This document shows, in pieces, positions 58,575-64,000 of a DNA stretch of 64,000 nt. Each line of letters starts with the position of its first letter. The first letter of the stretch is position 1. The translations under genes and the position numbers were made by a program. The stretch lies in NCBI RefSeq assembly GCF_009914755.1, contig NC_060928.1; one strand, given 5' to 3'. Origin of the DNA: the human T2T-CHM13v2.0 reference genome, Homo sapiens. The notes below the pieces were generated by a model. It did no database searches. It saw nothing but the letters and a program-made list of their open reading frames with translations, and was not told the DNA's origin.

Positions 58575-58860
58575 GAATATGCATGCATTGCATATAGCTT
58601 CCATTTTGGGGCATATATTTATATCTTGTTTATTATCTATGTGCATATTATATATTGTGTGATATGTATGTATGTATGCATATATATATTATGTATAGGA
58701 TGGTGTTTCCTTAAAAATAAAATATGTGAAAGGAGTTAGAGTGAATATATACATCTTTACATATACATACATATAAAAGAATTCTATATTTGCATGCATT
58801 CATATGCATATATGTATAAAGTATATATTATAAAATGATGTATACATATGGTACATCATG
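58575..58860. repeat. AT-rich (TA/TATG) low-complexity tract
   Basis: Read directly. Confidence 0.7.
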
Positions 58861-59902
58861 AGACAACTGGTCACTGTTCAGCACTATCAGCCTAAGGGTC
58901 TTGTTACCTAGTTTTACCTATTATTCTGAAAATAATAAATGCTGACTCCTAAAAATATAAAATTTATGAATGGGTTTATAAAATATAATCAAGCACTCTA
59001 TTCAATATTATAGTTAGATAAGGATAGTATGTTGTTATCCTTTAGAAATGAAAACTTATAGGAAATTGGTATTTGACATTGATAGTAGGTAAATGAAAGA
59101 TCAAAATAGAAGCTTATAACGGATGTCTTGTCACTTTATGTTAGTGAGAATAAATTCCATTTCAAGGGTGAATTAAAATTCATAGCTTCATTATTAGACC
59201 TTTATTTGAATGCAACTCATCCATATTTGAATTTTATAATGGAGGACTGGTACATCTTTTGAAGCTTTCTTAACAGGATCAAATTCAGTATATATTGATC
59301 TCTTTGCAAAAGACATTTTATCCCATTAGGTTATCTGGAAGTTGTATTTTCAAACACACCAGCCATGAGTAAGGCTGAACAGGTCACTGAGAAGCCAATA
59401 AGTAGAATGTGTTTGAGTTCAGAATTATTTGACATATTGAATCAGTTCAGACCTATGAAACCTAAACTTTTCATTATTAACAGGAATTTAGATAAAGGTT
59501 TTTTTCCCTAATAAACTATCCATAGTCATTGTACTCAAAAACACCACTGACCTCTGGTGTTTGCGCTCATTGCTTAGAGCCATTACCTCTATCTCAAGCT
59601 CTTAATCAGCCACATAAGAAATCAACAGTCCTTCAGATTTGGTCATTTGGGCTGCTGGCCCCTTTTTCAGTGAGACAAATTCTACTGTTCCAGTTAGTTT
59701 CCCATGGCTTCCTTCCCCGCTGCTCCTGGATCCAGTCACTTTCAGTTAAGAATCTTCAATGTGCTTTGGACCAAGGATCCTGTTGGTCGTGATGCTAATC
59801 ATATCTTTGTCTCTGACTCAAACATGCATCACTTTCTTCCCTTGAAGCCTGGGCAGCACATATGGGAGCCAAATTTGAGTTTTCTACATGAAACCAGCAG
59901 CC

Positions 59903-60205
<303 letters not shown>

Positions 60206-60569
60206 CCAGCAGCTTTTAACATTAAAATTTTGGAAATATTTTTCAAAAAGTTCATTTGATTATTTTCTCTCTCTCTCAGTAAAATTGAGACTCTGCTAGG
60301 TCAACAGTTATTTTGTTTACTACCGTATTTCCAGAGGCTTGAACAGAGACCAGTACGTAATAACCATTCAATAAATATTTCTGAATAAATCAAAGTGAGG
60401 ATGCACAAGAGTTCTTTGATTTAATTTCAGTGATTTGCAAATAAAGCTGTATAGAAATAATATGTAAAAATGTTTTTAAAATAACAATTCTGGATGCCAT
60501 CCCTGAAGATAATAAATCAGGTTTAGATAGGGCCCAAGAAAGTAGGTGTACACATACATACATACAAGC

Positions 60570-61630
60570 ATGCATACATGTGAATGTATATAATAGATTT
60601 TGTAATATTTTAAAAAAGATATTAGCATTTGAAATATACTAGTATTTCTGTAGAATAGCTCTTAGAAAGTGAATTGCTGATTAAAAGGTAACGAATTTTA
60701 TATATTTGTAAAATATTGTCAAATTTCCCTCCAAAAGAATCCTATACTAATATGAATTTTTATTCTCAATACTCTAACCTACATTGAATATTAACAATTA
60801 ATTTTTGTATCATGTTCTAATCTAAGATTCAGCTTTTTCTGTTTTTTAATCATGTATGTTTCCTGTTCTATAAATTTTTTATCCAAATATTTTGCTCATT
60901 TTTCTATCAAATTATTTGGGTTTATTTATTTAAAGATAGATTCTTTAAAATTATTTCAACTTTATTTATTTAATAATGTTGTCCACTGTATATGAAGTAT
61001 ATCAGGTTTAACACAGCACATTCACATATGTACATGAGTTTATTTCTCTAGACTATTTATAATTTTCCCTCAATCTATTGAGGTGTGGTATTGGCTCACA
61101 CCAATACTGTATTTATTTTAATTTCTGTAAGTGTATAATATATTTTGTTATCTGGTAAAACAAGTTGCCATCATTGTTCTGCCTTTATAAAATTATCCTG
61201 GCAAGTCTTGCATATTTTCTTTTATAGAAATAGTTAAGATTACCTTATCAAGTTCTATGAAAAAATCTTGTTGGGATTTTGATAGGTATTTAACCAGAAT
61301 TCCAGATTAATGTTGGTGAAATGAATATCATTTTTGTTGTTGTTGTTGTTGTTTTTGTTTTGTTTCTATGTTTGTTTTTTGAGACAAGGCCTAACTCTGT
61401 CGCCCAAGCTGGAGTGCAGTGGCATAATCATGGTTCACTACAATGTCGGCCTCCCGGGCTTAAGCTACTCTCCCACCTCAGACTCCTGAGTGGCTGAAAC
61501 TACAGATGTGCACCACCATGCCCAGCTAATTTTTTTTTTTTTCAAGAAATGAGCATCTTCACAATATTATGTCTTCTTTTTGAGGAACATAGCATATCTT
61601 TGCCTTTATTCAGATATTTTATGTCTCATC
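60570..61630 (-). mobile_element. Old L1M fragments (antisense ORF2) interrupted by a truncated AluJ
   Basis: 'agaaagtgaattgctgattaaaagg', 'ttgttgggattttgataggtat' and 'catcttcacaatattatgtcttct'. Confidence 0.6.
61331..61542 (-). mobile_element. 5'-truncated AluJ (right monomer)
   Basis: Right-arm sequence with a (TTG)n-converted tail. Degenerate TSD gaaatgaatatc / gaaatgagcatc. Confidence 0.85.
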
Positions 61631-62271
61631 TAGTACTTGAAGATATAGTGACAATTAGATCCAATTTGACTTTTGATTTATTGGGAAAAAAAAGTGTCCA
61701 TATCTTCATCTTGCTATTTGTAAATTACTTGCAAAAAGTAACTTGGAACACTTATATCCTATCATATAGTCAAAAAACACAAACACATTAAAAAATAAAT
61801 CAGTGGTTTCTTTAAAATGCAGTTTTTAAAGATCCCAAATTATAAGCGCCAGAAAGTTTTTTGTCTTATGTTTTGATGGTACTAGCTACAGTTAAAATTT
61901 AATCTACATTTTAATACTCATTAGTTCTACAAACAAAAAACAATATATGTCATTTTTGAATTTATTTGTTAACAATTCATGCTTTTATTACATAATTAAA
62001 GTCAATGAAACAGTATGCATCACTTGTTAAATGGGAAAAGTAAAAATTTGTCTTTATATTGTATGAATAATATTAATGGTTCTATTAGCATCTTTATAAT
62101 ATGATATTTAATAATGTATGAATCCAAAACCACTTTTTTCTTATATCACTTATTATACCCACAGAAAATGATAAAATGATACAAAATAATAAGAGGGGGC
62201 TCTCAAGGTTCTATGCGACAGGAATGGCTGTTTTTAAAGACAAGCAAGATTGCAGTATATTTCAGGATATG

Positions 62272-62614
62272 TGATACGGCTTGGCTGCATCCCCATCCAA
62301 ATCTCATCTTGAATTCCCACGTGCTGTGGGAGGGATCTGGTGGGAGGTAATTGAATCATGGGGCAGGTCTTTCCCATGCTGTTCTTGTGATAGTGAATAA
62401 GTCTCACAAGATCTGATGGTTTTAAAAAGGGGAGTTTCCCTGCCCAGGCTCTCTTCTCTTGTCTGCTGCCATGTGAGACAAGCTTTTAACCTTCTGCCAT
62501 GATTTTGAAGCCTCCCCAGCCACGTGGAACTGTAAGTCCATTAAACCTCTTTCTTTTGTAAGTTACCCGCTCTTGGGTATGCCTTTATCAGCAGTGTGAA
62601 AACGGACTAATACA
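62272..62614 (+). mobile_element. THE1A/B-like MaLR solo LTR
   Basis: TGATACGGCTTGGCTG...CGGACTAATACA with the 5-bp TSD atatg (62267-62271 / 62615-62619). Confidence 0.93.
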
Positions 62615-62976
62615 ATATGTTTCTATGAATGTGGTTCCTATTCCCTAATTTGGAGTAAGTGCCCAGTGTGCTTTGTTTTTGCCCGAGCTTGTCTTTTGCT
62701 TTTCATCCAAGATCTCCAATCATAACCAGACTGCTGAGACAGTGGATAGGGGCTGGAGAGAAGTTGAGGAACATAGCAGTCAAATACTTGCTCTTCATTT
62801 TACGATCATTGCTATTTTTCTTTCAGAACTTAAAACTATCAGGCTAAACATAATAATAATAACTTGGGCAACTTTACATTCCTATCTAGGACTTAATTTG
62901 AGGAACATTCATATTTTATCAGGAAATCAGCATTTCTCTTTTAAATATGTACTTTAAAAGGTTTATTGTACCCTAA

Positions 62977-63477
<501 letters not shown>

Positions 63478-64000
63478 TGAAACCTTCCTTTATTATTCTG
63501 TGTTAGGTCACAAAGAAGTCTTGATTTGAATTATTTAAGTTTCACACAGAAAGTTTGGTATATAGCTTTAACATTTTTATGTAATATCCCACAAGCATTT
63601 GAGTTCTTTTTCAAAGAAAAATCAGAGAACAGTTACAGGAGGGTGGGCATCCCCCACCTCACGCCACCAATCCCGCATTAAAGCAGCTAGTATGCTCTGT
63701 GTTAAAGCCCAGGAGGAAGAATGTGGTAAATCAGAAATGGCAGAAACCTGCAAGACTTCCTAGTTTTTGGTTCTAAAAGACTAAGTGCATGAAAACAAAC
63801 AGAGTGCTGGCTCCAATCTAGAAAATGACTTCCTGCTGTTGCAAGATACATGAGTCCCATGGCAGTATTGTCTTGAGAATGTGGCACACCCAGTAGCTGG
63901 AATCTTAGTCCTTGGGCTCCCAGCCTTTTGAGATTCTTGAGTAGCAGGCTAGCATCATAGTGACAAACTTGAAAAGAATGCATCAACAGGGCTGATAAAC

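Overview
This is AT-rich primate genomic DNA, most likely human or another catarrhine, since AluY, AluS, AluJ, L1PA, THE1 and MST are all present. It looks intergenic or deep-intronic. I found no recognisable protein-coding exon, RNA gene or CpG island, and the ORF track is explained by repeat-derived or chance ORFs. Most of the window is interspersed repeats: L1 copies of several ages, Alus with target-site duplications (TSDs), MaLR solo LTRs, MIR/L2/L3 fragments, hAT-Charlie and MER5 remnants, and microsatellites. The most notable structure is a decayed class III (ERVL-type) provirus on the minus strand at about 31.6-35.9 kb. It retains gag, RT-connection, RNase H and integrase motifs, and also an env-like remnant, which canonical HERV-L lacks. 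Smaller oddities are a 51-bp MLT2 micro-LTR with TSD, a fold-back hairpin in an L1PB 5'UTR, a perfect 31-bp palindrome beside POU/SOX motifs in a repeat-poor block, and deep transposon nesting. I did not find evidence for an intact novel gene system. Repeat subfamily names come from recalled consensus sequences, and the boundaries of old repeats are approximate.
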